Shown: positions 10,361-21,568, counted from the stretch's first letter. The stretch is DNA of 64,000 bases from an uncultured Eubacteriales bacterium (GCA_902792295.1 CADAZC010000001.1:290-64289); one strand, 5' to 3'. Translations and numbers: made by a program. The notes: generated from the sequence alone by a model not told the origin.

Positions 10361-11503
10361 ATGGACGAAACGACGAGAAACTATTTGTGGCTGAACTACG
10401 CGACAAACACGAATCCGCGTCTGTTCTATGAGCTGCTTTCGCGCTTCGACGATCTTTCGGAAGCGCGCGAAGCGATCCTCAAAAAGGATTTCGAATCGTT
10501 CTCCGACGTGTCCGAAACCGTGCGCGATCGTCTGATCGCCGCGGCGGACGAGCGGTTTCTGGATCGCTATTGCGGGTGGCTTGAGCGGAACGATGTGAAG
10601 GTCGTCACGCCCGAAAGCGACGAATATCCCGCCCTGCTGTCGGAAATCTACGATCCGCCGTCGGTGCTGTTCTGTAAGGGCACGCTTCCGAAGGAACTGC
10701 CGCTGCCGATCGCGATGGTCGGCGCGCGCAACTGCACCGATTACGGACGCGAGGTTGCGGAGCTTCTCGGCGAGCAGCTTGCGGAGCGTGGGGCGACGGT
10801 CGTAACCGGGCTTGCGGCGGGGATCGACTCCGCTTCCGCAAAGGGCGCGCTTTCCGCCGGGTCGTCGAACTGTCCGGTGATCGGCGTGCTGGGCTGCGGG
10901 ATCGACGTCGTTTATCCGCAGGGGAGCGGCAAGCTGTATGAGCAGGTGATCGAGCGCGGGGCGCTCATCACCGAGTTTCTTCCGAAAACGCCTCCGCTTC
11001 AGCAGAACTTCCCGATCCGCAACCGCATTGTGTCCGGCATTTCCCGCGGCGTCGTGGTGATCGAGGCGGGCGAACGCAGCGGGACCTCCATCACGGCGGA
11101 CTGCGCGCGCGAACAGGGCCGCGAGGTGTTCGCGGTGCCGGGGCGGATCACCGATCCGATGAGCGTCGGCACGAACCGCATGATCGTCCGGGGAGAGGCA
11201 AAGCCCGTGACCTGTGCGGCGGAGATCCTGACGGAGTTTACGGACGACGCGGGCGACGACGTTCTGAACGGCGCGGCGAAGAAGGTGACGTTCACCTCGC
11301 TCGGCGCGATCGGACAGGAGATCTACATGGCGCTTTTGCAGGGCGAAAAGGATGCGGATGAGCTGCTCGAATGGATCGACTGCTCCGCGCAGGACCTTAA
11401 CGCGGCGCTGACGCGTCTGCTCTTTTCCGAGGTCATCAAACAGCTTCCGGGCCGTATCTACGCGCTCGATACCATCCACACGGTCGTAACGTTCGACCAA
11501 TAA
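10361..11503 (+). CDS. dprA: DNA-processing protein DprA
   Basis: GLAAGIDSASAKGAL and FPIRNRIVSGISRGVVVIEAGERSGTSITA. A TTGAAA-17-TATGAT promoter ends at 10321, so the ATG at 10361 (RBS AGGGGAG) is preferred over the ORF-track start at 10322. Confidence 0.85.
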   Translation: MDETTRNYLWLNYATNTNPRLFYELLSRFDDLSEAREAILKKDFESFSDVSETVRDRLIAAADERFLDRYCGWLERNDVKVVTPESDEYPALLSEIYDPPSVLFCKGTLPKELPLPIAMVGARNCTDYGREVAELLGEQLAERGATVVTGLAAGIDSASAKGALSAGSSNCPVIGVLGCGIDVVYPQGSGKLYEQVIERGALITEFLPKTPPLQQNFPIRNRIVSGISRGVVVIEAGERSGTSITADCAREQGREVFAVPGRITDPMSVGTNRMIVRGEAKPVTCAAEILTEFTDDAGDDVLNGAAKKVTFTSLGAIGQEIYMALLQGEKDADELLEWIDCSAQDLNAALTRLLFSEVIKQLPGRIYALDTIHTVVTFDQ

Positions 11504-11521
11504 TCAAAGGGGAATATCCAT

Positions 11522-13624
11522 ATGGCAGAAACGAAAAACACGCTGGTGATCGTCGAGTCGCCGGCAAAGGCAAAAACGATCGGAAAGTTTTTGGGCAGCA
11601 AGTTCAAGGTCGTGGCGAGCAACGGCCACGTCCGCGATCTGCCGAAATCGCAGCTCGGCGTCGACACCGAGCATGCGTTTGAACCGAAATATATCACGCT
11701 CCGCGGACGCGGAGACGTGCTGGAACGCATCAAGAAGGAAGCGAAGGAAGCCGACCGCGTCCTTCTCGCAACGGACCCTGACCGCGAAGGCGAAGCGATC
11801 TCCTGGCATCTTGCGCAGATTCTGAAGCTCGACACGGCGTCGAAGTGCCGCATCGAGTTCCACGAGATTACGTCCAACGCGGTGAAGAATGCGATCAAAA
11901 ACCCGCGCACGATCAACATGGACCTCGTCGACGCGCAGCAGGCAAGGCGCGTGCTGGACCGCATCGTGGGCTATAAGATCAGCCCGATCCTGTGGGTCAA
12001 GATCCGCAAGGGTCTGTCCGCGGGACGCGTGCAGTCGGTTGCGACGCGCATCGTATGCGACCGCGAGGACGAGATCAACGCGTTCGTGCCCGAGGAATAC
12101 TGGATCCTGACCGCAAAACTGCGTGCCGGCGCCAAAAAGACGTTCGATGTGCGCTTCTACGGTACGGACGGCAATAAGGTCGATCTCAGGACCGAGGCGC
12201 AGACCAACGCGATCATTGCACGCGTCGGCGACGCCGAGTTTACCGCAACCGAGGTCAAGAGCAGCGAAAAGCACAAGCATGCCGCGCCGCCGTTCACGAC
12301 GTCGAGCATGCAGCAGGACGCGTCAAGAAAGCTCGGATTCACCACCAAGCGCACCATGATGGTTGCGCAGCAGCTCTACGAGGGCGTGGAGATCGGCAAG
12401 AAGGGCGCGACGGGTCTGATCACCTATATCCGTACCGACTCCGTCCGCGTTGCCGACGAGGCGCAGAAAGCGGCGCGCAGCTATATCCTCGGGAACTTCG
12501 GCGAAGCGTATCTGCCGAAGACGCCGAACGTGTACCGCGGACGCCGCAACGCGCAGGACGCGCACGAAGCGATCCGTCCGACGGACATCAAGAATGATCC
12601 GAAGACGCTGAAGCCGTTTCTTTCCAGCGATCAGTACAAGCTCTATAAGCTGGTGTACGACCGCTTCCTCGCAAGCCAGATGAGCGATGCGGTTCTGAGC
12701 CAGACCGTCGTAACGTTCGACGCGAACGGCGTGCAGTTCAAGGCAACCGGCTCCCGCGTGAAGTTTGCGGGCTTTTCCGCGGTGTATACCGAGGGCAAGG
12801 ATCTGGATGACGAAGACGTCGTGCAGCTTCCGCCGATCGCGGAGGGCGACCGGTTCAAGAAGGACAAGTTTGATCCGCAGCAGAAGTTTACGCAGCCGCC
12901 TGCCCGCTATACCGAGGCGACGCTCGTAAAGACGCTCGAGGAGAAGGGCATCGGCCGTCCGTCCACCTATTCGCCGACGATCTCGACGATCGTCGACCGC
13001 GGCTACATCATGCGCGAAAAGAAATCGCTGGTGCCGACCGACCTCGGCTTTGCGGTGACGGGACTGATGAAAACGAGCTTCCCGGACATCGTGGACATCG
13101 CGTTCACGGCGAATATGGAAGAGGAGCTGGACTCCGTTGAGGACGGCACCGACAAATGGCAGGACGTTGTGGGCGAGTTCTACGGTCCGTTCATGAAGAC
13201 GGTTGCGACCGCCGAGAAGAGCACCGAAAAGATCAAGATCCCGGACGAGGTGTCCGACGTGCCCTGCGACAAGTGCGGCGCGATGATGGTCTACAAGGTC
13301 GGACGCTTCGGCAAGTTCCTCGCCTGTCCGAACTTCCCGACCTGCCGCAACACCAAGTCGATCATTGAGAAGGTCGAGGGCGTTCCCTGTCCGAAGTGCG
13401 GCGCGGCGATCATCAAAAAGCACGGCAAGAAAAAGGTCTTTTACGGCTGCGAACGCTATCCGGAATGCGACTTCACCAGCTGGGACCTGCCGGTCAAGAC
13501 CAAGTGCCCGAAGTGCGGCGGACTGATGGTGCAGAAGCACGGTCAGAACGGCACGTTCGTGCAGTGCGCGGACCCGAACTGCAGGGAGATCCTGCGCAGA
13601 GGCAGCAAAAAGAACGATGACTGA
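11522..13624 (+). CDS. topA: DNA topoisomerase I
   Basis: TOPRIM LVIVESPAKAKTIGKFLG, and three C-terminal CxxC...C zinc ribbons; 700 aa. Confidence 0.95.
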   Translation: MAETKNTLVIVESPAKAKTIGKFLGSKFKVVASNGHVRDLPKSQLGVDTEHAFEPKYITLRGRGDVLERIKKEAKEADRVLLATDPDREGEAISWHLAQILKLDTASKCRIEFHEITSNAVKNAIKNPRTINMDLVDAQQARRVLDRIVGYKISPILWVKIRKGLSAGRVQSVATRIVCDREDEINAFVPEEYWILTAKLRAGAKKTFDVRFYGTDGNKVDLRTEAQTNAIIARVGDAEFTATEVKSSEKHKHAAPPFTTSSMQQDASRKLGFTTKRTMMVAQQLYEGVEIGKKGATGLITYIRTDSVRVADEAQKAARSYILGNFGEAYLPKTPNVYRGRRNAQDAHEAIRPTDIKNDPKTLKPFLSSDQYKLYKLVYDRFLASQMSDAVLSQTVVTFDANGVQFKATGSRVKFAGFSAVYTEGKDLDDEDVVQLPPIAEGDRFKKDKFDPQQKFTQPPARYTEATLVKTLEEKGIGRPSTYSPTISTIVDRGYIMREKKSLVPTDLGFAVTGLMKTSFPDIVDIAFTANMEEELDSVEDGTDKWQDVVGEFYGPFMKTVATAEKSTEKIKIPDEVSDVPCDKCGAMMVYKVGRFGKFLACPNFPTCRNTKSIIEKVEGVPCPKCGAAIIKKHGKKKVFYGCERYPECDFTSWDLPVKTKCPKCGGLMVQKHGQNGTFVQCADPNCREILRRGSKKNDD

Positions 13625-14918
13625 CCGGAACGTCACCGTCGTCGGCGCGGGACTTGCCGGCGCAGAGGCCGCCTACCGGCTGCTTTCGCGCGGGTATGCC
13701 GTGACGCTGTACGAGATGAAACCGAAGAAGCGCACGCCCGCGCACAAGGGCGACGGGTTTGCGGAGCTTGTCTGCTCCAATTCGCTGCGATCCGACCGGA
13801 TCCAGAACGCCGTCGGGCTTCTGAAAGAGGAGATGCGCGCGCTCGGCTCGCTGATCATGCGGGCGGCGGATGCGACGCGCGTTCCCGCGGGCGGCGCGCT
13901 TGCCGTCGATCGGGAGGGATTCTCCGCATATGTGACGGAAACGCTTCGTTCGTTCCCGAATCTCACGACCGTCGGGGAGGAGCTGACGGAGCTTCCCGAC
14001 GCGCCCGCGATCGTTGCGACGGGACCGCTGACGAGCGACGCCATGAGCGAGGCAATCGAGCGGAGATTCGGCAGGAGTCTGCACTTTTACGACGCGGCGG
14101 CGCCGATCGTGACCTATGAATCGCTCGACCGTGACAAGGTCTTTGCGGCGTCGCGGTACGACCGCGGCGCGGACTATCTGAACTGTCCGATGACGCGCGA
14201 GGAGTACTTTGCGTTTTACCGCGCGCTCGTCGATGCGGAGACCGCGCCGCTGCACACGTTTGAAACGCCGCGCGTGTTCGAGGGCTGCATGCCCGTTGAG
14301 GTTATGGCGAAGCGCGGCGAGCTGACGCTTGCCTACGGGCCGTTAAAGCCCGTCGGGCTGGAAGTGAACGGCAAACGGCCGTTTGCGGTGGTGCAGCTGC
14401 GGCGCGACAACGCCGACGGCACGCTCTACAACATCGTGGGCTTCCAGACGAACCTGAAGTTTTCCGAGCAGAAGCGTGTGTTCGGCATGATCCCGGGACT
14501 TCTGCATGCGGAGTTCGCGCGTTACGGCGTGATGCACCGCAACACGTTTCTGGAATCTCCGAAGCTTCTGAACTTCGATTATTCGCTGCGGTCCGATCCG
14601 CTGCTGTTCTTTGCCGGACAGATGACCGGCGTGGAAGGGTACGTGGAATCCGCGGCAAGCGGGCTTCTCGCCGCGATCGAACTGATCGAAAAGCTTGAAG
14701 GCAGACCTGCGATCGACTTTACGTCCGAGACCGCGATCGGCGCGCTCGGACATTACGTTGCCGGATACAACGGCGGCGATTTCCAGCCGATGAACGTGAC
14801 GTTCGGCATTATGGATCCGCTTTCGGAACGCGTGAAAGGCAAGCAGGAGCGCTGCGAGCGGATCGCGCAGCGCGCGCTTTCGAAGGTGCGCGCGATCACG
14901 GACACTTACGGTTTATGA
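13617..14918 (+). CDS. trmFO: methylenetetrahydrofolate--tRNA-(uracil-5)-methyltransferase TrmFO
   Basis: [20 protein letters not shown] motif, [28 protein letters not shown]. Confidence 0.9.
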   Translation: MTDRNVTVVGAGLAGAEAAYRLLSRGYAVTLYEMKPKKRTPAHKGDGFAELVCSNSLRSDRIQNAVGLLKEEMRALGSLIMRAADATRVPAGGALAVDREGFSAYVTETLRSFPNLTTVGEELTELPDAPAIVATGPLTSDAMSEAIERRFGRSLHFYDAAAPIVTYESLDRDKVFAASRYDRGADYLNCPMTREEYFAFYRALVDAETAPLHTFETPRVFEGCMPVEVMAKRGELTLAYGPLKPVGLEVNGKRPFAVVQLRRDNADGTLYNIVGFQTNLKFSEQKRVFGMIPGLLHAEFARYGVMHRNTFLESPKLLNFDYSLRSDPLLFFAGQMTGVEGYVESAASGLLAAIELIEKLEGRPAIDFTSETAIGALGHYVAGYNGGDFQPMNVTFGIMDPLSERVKGKQERCERIAQRALSKVRAITDTYGL

Positions 14919-14931
14919 GGAGGTATTTCCG

Positions 14932-15474
14932 ATGGAACAGTTGAAAGGCACAACCATCGTTGCGGTCAAGCGCGACGGCGTAACCGCGATCGCGGGCGAC
15001 GGTCAGGTCACGATGGGACAGCAGGCGGTCATGAAGGCGCATGCCAAAAAGGTACGCCGGCTTTTTCACGACCGCGTGGTCGTCGGGTTTGCGGGCTCGG
15101 TTGCGGACGCGTTCACGCTGTGCGACCGGTTCGAGGCAAAGCTTGAAATGCACGGCGGCGCGCTGAAGCGCGCGGCGATCGCGCTGGCGCAGGACTGGCG
15201 CAGCGATAAGATCATGCGGCAGCTTGAAGCCATGATGATCGTGGCGGACAAGGACGATCTTCTGATCCTGTCCGGCACGGGCGAGGTCGTGGAGCCGGAC
15301 GACGGCATTGCGGCGATCGGTTCCGGCGGACTGTATGCGCTGTCCGCGGCGAAGGCATTGAAACAGCATACCGACATGGATGCGGAACAGATCGTGAAGG
15401 AAGCGATGGCGATCGCGGGCTCGATCTGCATCTTTACCAACGGCAATATCAACGTGGAGGTGATCCGTCCGTGA
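14932..15474 (+). CDS. hslV: ATP-dependent protease subunit HslV
   Basis: N-terminal [10 protein letters not shown] (Thr nucleophile) and GSGG; 180 aa. Confidence 0.9.
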   Translation: MEQLKGTTIVAVKRDGVTAIAGDGQVTMGQQAVMKAHAKKVRRLFHDRVVVGFAGSVADAFTLCDRFEAKLEMHGGALKRAAIALAQDWRSDKIMRQLEAMMIVADKDDLLILSGTGEVVEPDDGIAAIGSGGLYALSAAKALKQHTDMDAEQIVKEAMAIAGSICIFTNGNINVEVIRP

Positions 15475-16847
15475 CGCCGAGAGAGATCGTAAACGCACTG
15501 GACCGGTACATCATCGGTCAGGACGAGGCAAAGCGCGCGGTGGCGATCGCGCTCAGAAACCGTTACAGAAGGAGCTGTCTTCCCCCGGAGCTCCGGGAGG
15601 AGATCACGCCGAAGAATATCATCATGCTCGGACCGACGGGCGTCGGCAAAACGGAGATCGCGCGGCGGCTTGCAAAGCTTGTCGAAGCGCCGTTTGTGAA
15701 GGTCGAAGCGTCGAAGTACACCGAGGTCGGCTATGTCGGCCGCGACGTGGAGAGCATGGTCCGCGATCTTGTGGAGGAGTCGATCCGGCTCACCAAGCAG
15801 AAGCGGATGGAGCTTGTGAAGGATGCGGCGGCGGCAGCCACCGAGCAGCGCCTTGTGGAACTCTTGCTTCCGCAGCAGAAGCGGGCGGCAAGACCCGTGA
15901 ACCCGCTGCAGTTTTTGCTCGGCAGCGGACAGGCGGAGCCGGAGGAGCCGAAGCCCACGGAGGAGGAGCAGCAGGCGCGCAAAACGCTGCGTGAACAGAC
16001 GCTGGAACGTCTGCGTGCGGGACTGCTCGAGAAGGAGATCGTGGAGATCGAGGTCGAGGAGAGCATCAACGCCATGATGTTCGGTGCAAGCGGCATGGAG
16101 GTCGACATGGGCGGCATGCTCGGCGACTTGCTCCCGAAAAAGAAAAAGTCCAAGCGGATGCCGGTCGAGCACGCGCGGTCGATCCTCATGCAGCAGGAAT
16201 CCGAAAAGCGCATCGATCCGGACGACGTGAACCGCGAGGCGCTGTATAACGCCGAGCAGAACGGAATCATCTTTCTGGACGAGATCGACAAGATCGCGGG
16301 CAGCGCGAACCAGATGGGCGCGGACGTATCGCGCGAGGGCGTTCAGCGCGACATCCTGCCGATCGTCGAGGGCACCACGGTTTCCACAAAATACGGTCCC
16401 GTCAAAACGGACTTCATCCTGTTCATCGGCGCGGGCGCGTTCCATGTGGCAAAGGTTTCCGATCTGATCCCGGAGCTGCAGGGACGTTTCCCGATCCGCG
16501 TGACGCTGAAGGACCTCAGCGAGGATGATTTCTATGCGATCCTCACGCAGCCGGACAACGCGGTGACCAAGCAGTACGCCGCGCTTTTAAAGCCCGACAA
16601 CGTGAACCTGAGCTTTACCGAAGACGCGCTGCGCGAAATTGCAAAATTCGCGTTCCGCGCAAACGAACAAAATGAGAATATCGGCGCACGCCGCCTGCAT
16701 ACGGTAATGGAGAATCTGTTGAACGACATCTCCTTCAACGCGAACGGTCAGCATCCGATGATCGACGTCGTCGTGGACGGCGCCTATGTCGATGCGCATC
16801 TGTCCGCCGAGTGGGGTGAGGACAACATTTCGAAGTACATACTGTAA
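15471..16847 (+). CDS. hslU: ATP-dependent protease ATPase subunit HslU
   Basis: [22 protein letters not shown], Walker [29 protein letters not shown] start overlaps the hslV stop. Confidence 0.9.
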   Translation: MTPREIVNALDRYIIGQDEAKRAVAIALRNRYRRSCLPPELREEITPKNIIMLGPTGVGKTEIARRLAKLVEAPFVKVEASKYTEVGYVGRDVESMVRDLVEESIRLTKQKRMELVKDAAAAATEQRLVELLLPQQKRAARPVNPLQFLLGSGQAEPEEPKPTEEEQQARKTLREQTLERLRAGLLEKEIVEIEVEESINAMMFGASGMEVDMGGMLGDLLPKKKKSKRMPVEHARSILMQQESEKRIDPDDVNREALYNAEQNGIIFLDEIDKIAGSANQMGADVSREGVQRDILPIVEGTTVSTKYGPVKTDFILFIGAGAFHVAKVSDLIPELQGRFPIRVTLKDLSEDDFYAILTQPDNAVTKQYAALLKPDNVNLSFTEDALREIAKFAFRANEQNENIGARRLHTVMENLLNDISFNANGQHPMIDVVVDGAYVDAHLSAEWGEDNISKYIL

Positions 16848-16880
16848 CGGGCGGCGCGGTCCGCCCGGAAAGGACGGACT

Positions 16881-17492
16881 ATGAAGCGCATCCTCATCGT
16901 TGTTTTGTGTACCCTTTTGCTTCCGTTTGCCGCGGTGCAGGCGGAAACCGAACTTCCCGAAGACGAGTCGAACGGAACCGAAGCGTGGGATCCGAACTGG
17001 GTCCTGTGGGAGGAACCGGACGAGACCGTCGAGGCGTTTGCGGAGGACGGGCAGGAGACTGCCGGATTCCTCGGCATGCGTCCGCTTTCGCGCTATGCGC
17101 AGACGTTCGACGTGACGGAGGAGGACCTGAACCTCGCCGCGCGCGTCGCATACTTTGAAGCGGGCTGGTGGAACGAAAAGGCCTACCGCGCCGTGCTGTG
17201 CGTGCTGTATAACCGGTGCGTTGCAACGCGGTTCGGCGGAAAGGTGACGAGCATTTCCACCGAAGCGTACCGAAAAGGACAGTTTTCGGTCATACACAAC
17301 AAGAAATTCAAGAAACAGGTACCGCCGCAGGAGATCATGGACGCCGCGCGGGACATCTTCGTCTACGGCAACCTCGATCTGCCGGAGAGCATTCTGTTCT
17401 TCTGCAGTCAGTCGCTCGGCAAGAGCTGGGGCGGACGCAGGTTCTATAAGAACATCGGCGGCAACCTGTTCTTCTACGGAAAAACCGAATAG
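16881..17492 (+). CDS. secreted cell wall hydrolase, SleB-domain-like
   Basis: Signal peptide MKRILIVVLCTLLLPFAAVQA, and LAARVAYFEAGWWNEKAYRAVLCVLYNR typical of Hydrolase_2/SleB. Confidence 0.7.
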   Translation: MKRILIVVLCTLLLPFAAVQAETELPEDESNGTEAWDPNWVLWEEPDETVEAFAEDGQETAGFLGMRPLSRYAQTFDVTEEDLNLAARVAYFEAGWWNEKAYRAVLCVLYNRCVATRFGGKVTSISTEAYRKGQFSVIHNKKFKKQVPPQEIMDAARDIFVYGNLDLPESILFFCSQSLGKSWGGRRFYKNIGGNLFFYGKTE

Positions 17493-17502
17493 AAAGGACT
17501 TT

Positions 17503-19149
17503 ATGCAGCATAAACTCAGAATCATCCCGCTGGGCGGGGTGGGAGAGATCGGCAAAAACATGACGGTGATCGAGTATCAGAACGATATTCTCATCATCGA
17601 CTGCGGCCTGATCTTTCCGGACGAGGAGATGCCGGGGATCGACGTGGTCATCCCCGACATGACTTACCTCGAACAACACGCGGATCGCATTCGCGGCATG
17701 TGCGTCACGCACGGTCACGAGGACCATATCGGCGCGATCCCGTATGCAATGGAACGGTTCCGCTGCCCGATCTACGGCACGCGGTTTACCAACGCGCTTA
17801 TCCGGCACAAGCTGGACGAGCATCATCTTTCCGACGTCGAAGTGATCGACGTCGATCCGGGACAAGCCGTTACGCTCGGCTGTTTCCGTGTGGAGTTCAT
17901 CAAGACGGGACACTCGATCGCGGGCGCGGTGGCGTTTGCGATCCGCACGCCGATCGGCACGCTGATTCACACGGGCGACTTCAAGATCGACATGACGCCG
18001 ATCGACGGCGAACCGATCGACATCAACCGGTTCGCGTATTACGGATCCAGGGGCGTTCTTGCGCTTTTGTCGGATTCCACGAACGTCGAGCACATGGGCT
18101 TTACGCAGAGCGAAAAGGAAATTGGCAAGACTTTCGAGCAGTGCTTCTCCAAGGCGCAGGGACGCGTGATCGTGGCGACGTTCGCGTCGAACGTGTACCG
18201 CATCCAGCAGGTCGCCGACGTGGCGATCGAGCACGGACGCGTCATCTGCTTCCAGGGCAGAAGCATGGAGCAGATCGTGAAATACGCGCAGGAGCTCGGC
18301 TATCTGCACATCCCGAACGACAGGATCGTGCGGGTCGAGCACCTCAAAAACCTGCCGGACAGCATGGTCTGCGTGATGACGACGGGCAGCCAGGGCGAGC
18401 CGATGAGCGGACTCTTTCGCATGGCGAACTCCACGCACAAGCTGAACGTCGGCGCGGGCGATACGGTGATCATCTCGGCGAGCGCGATCCCCGGAAACGA
18501 GCGCGGCGTGGCGCGCGTGATCAACGCGCTGTACGTAAAGGGCGCGGATGTGGTGTACGACCGGATGGCGGACGTCCACGTTTCCGGACATGCCTGCGCG
18601 GGCGAACTCCGGCTCATGCTCGGCATTACGAAGCCGAAGTACTTTATTCCGGTGCACGGCGAGGCGCGTCACCTTAAAATGCACGCCGACCTTGCGAAGG
18701 AGCAGGGCGTCAGCCCGGAGCGCATCTTCATCGCGCACAACGGCGCGGTGATCGAGCTTTCCGCGCGGAAGGGCGTTATGAACGAAACCGTGCAGGCGGG
18801 CAGCTTAATGGTGGACGGGCTTAGAAACATCGAGGCGATCGTGCTGCGCGACCGGAAAAACCTGTCCGTGGACGGGCTCGTGTCGGCGGTGATCGTGATC
18901 GACGCGGAGACCGGACGGCTTCTCAATCCGGTCGAGCTCTACTCGCGCGGGTTCATCTACATGCGCGAAAACGAGCCGCTGATTCAGGAGGCGAGCGCGC
19001 TCGTGTACGAGACCGCGAAGCGCTTTGAGGGGGTCGGCAGGGATGAGTATGCAAACGTCAAGAACACGGTGAAGAGCAAGCTCAAATCGTTCCTGTACGA
19101 CAAGACCGGCAGAACGCCGATGATCCTGCCGATCGTGATCGAAATATAA
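17503..19149 (+). CDS. rnj: ribonuclease J
   Basis: LRIIPLGGVGEIGKNM and the metallo-beta-lactamase motif HGHEDHIGAIPY; 548 aa. Confidence 0.9.
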   Translation: MQHKLRIIPLGGVGEIGKNMTVIEYQNDILIIDCGLIFPDEEMPGIDVVIPDMTYLEQHADRIRGMCVTHGHEDHIGAIPYAMERFRCPIYGTRFTNALIRHKLDEHHLSDVEVIDVDPGQAVTLGCFRVEFIKTGHSIAGAVAFAIRTPIGTLIHTGDFKIDMTPIDGEPIDINRFAYYGSRGVLALLSDSTNVEHMGFTQSEKEIGKTFEQCFSKAQGRVIVATFASNVYRIQQVADVAIEHGRVICFQGRSMEQIVKYAQELGYLHIPNDRIVRVEHLKNLPDSMVCVMTTGSQGEPMSGLFRMANSTHKLNVGAGDTVIISASAIPGNERGVARVINALYVKGADVVYDRMADVHVSGHACAGELRLMLGITKPKYFIPVHGEARHLKMHADLAKEQGVSPERIFIAHNGAVIELSARKGVMNETVQAGSLMVDGLRNIEAIVLRDRKNLSVDGLVSAVIVIDAETGRLLNPVELYSRGFIYMRENEPLIQEASALVYETAKRFEGVGRDEYANVKNTVKSKLKSFLYDKTGRTPMILPIVIEI

Positions 19150-19162
19150 GCGGAGGAGCGAA

Positions 19163-19504
19163 ATGCTGTTAGACGACGCAAAGATTCTGGCGGACAAGCT
19201 CCGTTCATCCGAAGAATATCAGACTTATCGCGAGACGAAGGAACGCGCCTATGCGCAGCCCGCAACGGCGGCGCTGCTGGATGAGTTTTACGCGCTTCGC
19301 ATGAAGGCGCAGGCGGCTTCGGTCGCCGGAACGCCGGACGCGGAGACGACCGAAAAGCTGCAGAAACTCGGCGAGCTTCTGCAGTTCGACACGGCGGCGG
19401 CGGAGTACCTCCTTGCGGAGTACCGCCTGAACGCGCTTGTCGGCGATATCTATAAGATCCTTGCGAAGGCGGTGGATCTGGACCTCGGCGCGCTCGAAGC
19501 GTGA
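19163..19504 (+). CDS. YlbF/YmcA-like regulatory protein
   Basis: 113-aa helical protein; its position and pattern (LADKLRSSEEYQTY...LLDEF) resemble UPF0342/YlbF. Confidence 0.55.
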   Translation: MLLDDAKILADKLRSSEEYQTYRETKERAYAQPATAALLDEFYALRMKAQAASVAGTPDAETTEKLQKLGELLQFDTAAAEYLLAEYRLNALVGDIYKILAKAVDLDLGALEA

Positions 19505-19543
19505 GCGCTTGAAATCCGAAGCCGGACATGGTATACTGACGGT

Positions 19544-20695
19544 ATGAAGCGAATGGACAAAACCGAATTGAGCGCCGTGCGCCTGAGATGGCAGCGGTTC
19601 TGGCATTATGCGCGGCCGATCGCCACATGGCTTATGAGCATCGGTCTCGTTGCCGTGATCGCGATCGTCACCGTCCGGTTTGTGCTGTCGCATTATATTT
19701 CCGCCGTCGATCCGGACGACGCCACGCCGTATGAGGTCGTGATCCCGCAGAACGCGTCTGCGGGCAAGATCGCCGATCTTCTGTATCACGCGTGCGGCGA
19801 GGGCGAAAAGGGACTGATTGCGTCGAGTGCGTCGTTCAAGGTATACGTCGACTTCGTCGGCAAGGCGAACAGCTTAAAGGCGGGGACGTACCGGCTTTCG
19901 AAAAACATGACGATCCCGGAGATCGTCGACGTGCTTGCCGAGGGCAATCCCGCGCGCAGGACCGCGCGTCTCGTCGTCATCGAGGGAAAGACGGTCGAGG
20001 AGATCGCGAGATCGCTTCGTGAGAACGAATCGATCAAGACCGATCCGGAAGCGTTCCTTGCAATGTGCCGCGACGCGTCGGCGTTCTCGAAGTATCCGTT
20101 TATTGCGGAGCTCAGCAACGCTTCGGACCGCCGCTATGCGCTCGAGGGATATCTGTTCCCGGATACGTACGAGATCTATGCCGATTCCGCGCCGGAGGAG
20201 ATCATCGACAAGATGCTCACGCGCTACTATGAAATCTACACGGGCGAGTGGGTGAACCGCGCCGAGGAGCTCGGCATGACGCGCGATCAGGTCATGACGC
20301 TTGCGTCGATCATCGAACGCGAAGCAAGCGTGCCGGAGGATCTTGCGCGGGTATCCGCCGTGTTCCATAACCGGCTTGCAAGGGATATGAAGCTGGAATC
20401 CTGCGCGACGCTGAACTACATCACCGGACAGGACCGCTATACGTTCACGACGGACGAGATGGCGATCGTATCGTCCTATAACACCTATCTCAACGCCGGT
20501 CTTCCGATCGGACCGATCTGCAATCCGGGCGCCGCGGCGATCTATGCCGCGCTGTATCCGGACGAGGAATACCTGGAAGAAGGTTATCTCTATTTCTGCA
20601 ACGCAAACCCGAACGAGACGCGCGCGCTGGTCTTCTCAAAGACCTACGAGGAGCATCAGGAGAACGTCGAAAAATACAGACCGTTCTGGGGCTGA
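19544..20695 (+). CDS. mltG: endolytic murein transglycosylase MltG (YceG-like)
   Basis: N-terminal TM helix, LEGYLFPDTYE signature, ASIIEREA, NTYLNAGLPIGPICNPG. Confidence 0.9.
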   Translation: MKRMDKTELSAVRLRWQRFWHYARPIATWLMSIGLVAVIAIVTVRFVLSHYISAVDPDDATPYEVVIPQNASAGKIADLLYHACGEGEKGLIASSASFKVYVDFVGKANSLKAGTYRLSKNMTIPEIVDVLAEGNPARRTARLVVIEGKTVEEIARSLRENESIKTDPEAFLAMCRDASAFSKYPFIAELSNASDRRYALEGYLFPDTYEIYADSAPEEIIDKMLTRYYEIYTGEWVNRAEELGMTRDQVMTLASIIEREASVPEDLARVSAVFHNRLARDMKLESCATLNYITGQDRYTFTTDEMAIVSSYNTYLNAGLPIGPICNPGAAAIYAALYPDEEYLEEGYLYFCNANPNETRALVFSKTYEEHQENVEKYRPFWG

Positions 20696-20745
20696 CGTTC
20701 TGATTCTTCAGAATTCGACATACCCTTTCCGTGGGAGGAGAGGGT

Positions 20746-21444
20746 ATGTTTTCTTTTTTATGGCTGTTGTTTCAGTCGATCGCGTTTATCGGTGCGATCG
20801 GATCGAACGGTTCGTTTCCGCAGCCGCTTTCGGCGGAAGAGGAGCAAAAATGGGTACGGCGGCTGATTGCGGGCGACGAGGAGGCGCGGGAAAAGCTGAT
20901 CGTGCACAACCTGCGGCTTTGCGCGCACATTGCAAAGAAGTATCAGAAGGCGGAACGCGACCGCGAGGATTTGATCTCGATCGGCACGATCGGGCTTATA
21001 AAAGCGGTTTCGACCTTTTCGGAATCGAAGGGAACGCTGTCCGCCTACGCGGCACGGTGCATCGAAAACGAGATTCTGATGAGCTTGCGGCGTGAACGGA
21101 AGCTCGTCGAGACCGTGTCGATCGAGGAACCGGTCGGCGCGGATAAGGAGGGAAACGAGCTTCGGCTTGCGGACCTCGTCTGCACCGAGGAGGACACGAT
21201 CTTCGAACAGGTGCAGGGACGGCTCGACGCGGCGATCATCACGGAAACGATGCGAAAGGTGCTGACGAAACGCGAACGCGTCGTGCTGACGCTCCGTTTC
21301 GGGCTTTCCGGCGATGCGCCGATGCCGCAGCGCGAGGTCGCGAACGTGCTGGATATCTCGAGAAGCTACGTTTCCCGCATCGAAAAGAAGGCGGTGGAGA
21401 AGATGCGCGCGGCGTTGGAGGTCAAGGACCGGGCGGAAACATAA
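20746..21444 (+). CDS. sigK: RNA polymerase sporulation sigma factor SigK (pro-sigma-K), uninterrupted
   Basis: Pro-sequence then GSFPQPLSAEEE..., HNLRLCAHIAKKY, DLISIGTIGLIKAVSTF, ARCIENEILMSLR. The FPQPLS motif matches SigK rather than SigE. ATG at 20746 lies 7 nt after GGAGG. Confidence 0.85.
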   Translation: MFSFLWLLFQSIAFIGAIGSNGSFPQPLSAEEEQKWVRRLIAGDEEAREKLIVHNLRLCAHIAKKYQKAERDREDLISIGTIGLIKAVSTFSESKGTLSAYAARCIENEILMSLRRERKLVETVSIEEPVGADKEGNELRLADLVCTEEDTIFEQVQGRLDAAIITETMRKVLTKRERVVLTLRFGLSGDAPMPQREVANVLDISRSYVSRIEKKAVEKMRAALEVKDRAET

Positions 21445-21568
21445 ACCGGCAAAGCCGGTGCGGAAAACGTCGAAAAAAGACGCGGAAACGGTTGCCCTTT
21501 TTTATCGTGTGTGGTATACTTATCTTGCTATAGGCAAATACAACGAAAAAGGGGCATGGGGAACAAAA

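Noticed and set aside
20746-21444. Checked sigK for a skin-like intervening element or split gene.
   Set aside because: The ORF is continuous from the pro-sequence through region 4 (237/232 aa), and no recombinase is nearby.
21314-21568. N-terminal extension of the prs ORF (420-aa version).
   Set aside because: The extension overlaps the 3' end of sigK in another frame and is Arg-rich nonsense. The conserved Prs sequence starts at the ATG at 21569. The same logic trims the ORFs starting at 24835 (true start 25108), 42915 (true start 43059; the extension covers the riboswitch), 43615, 56372, 31322(-), 37470(-) and 32534(-).
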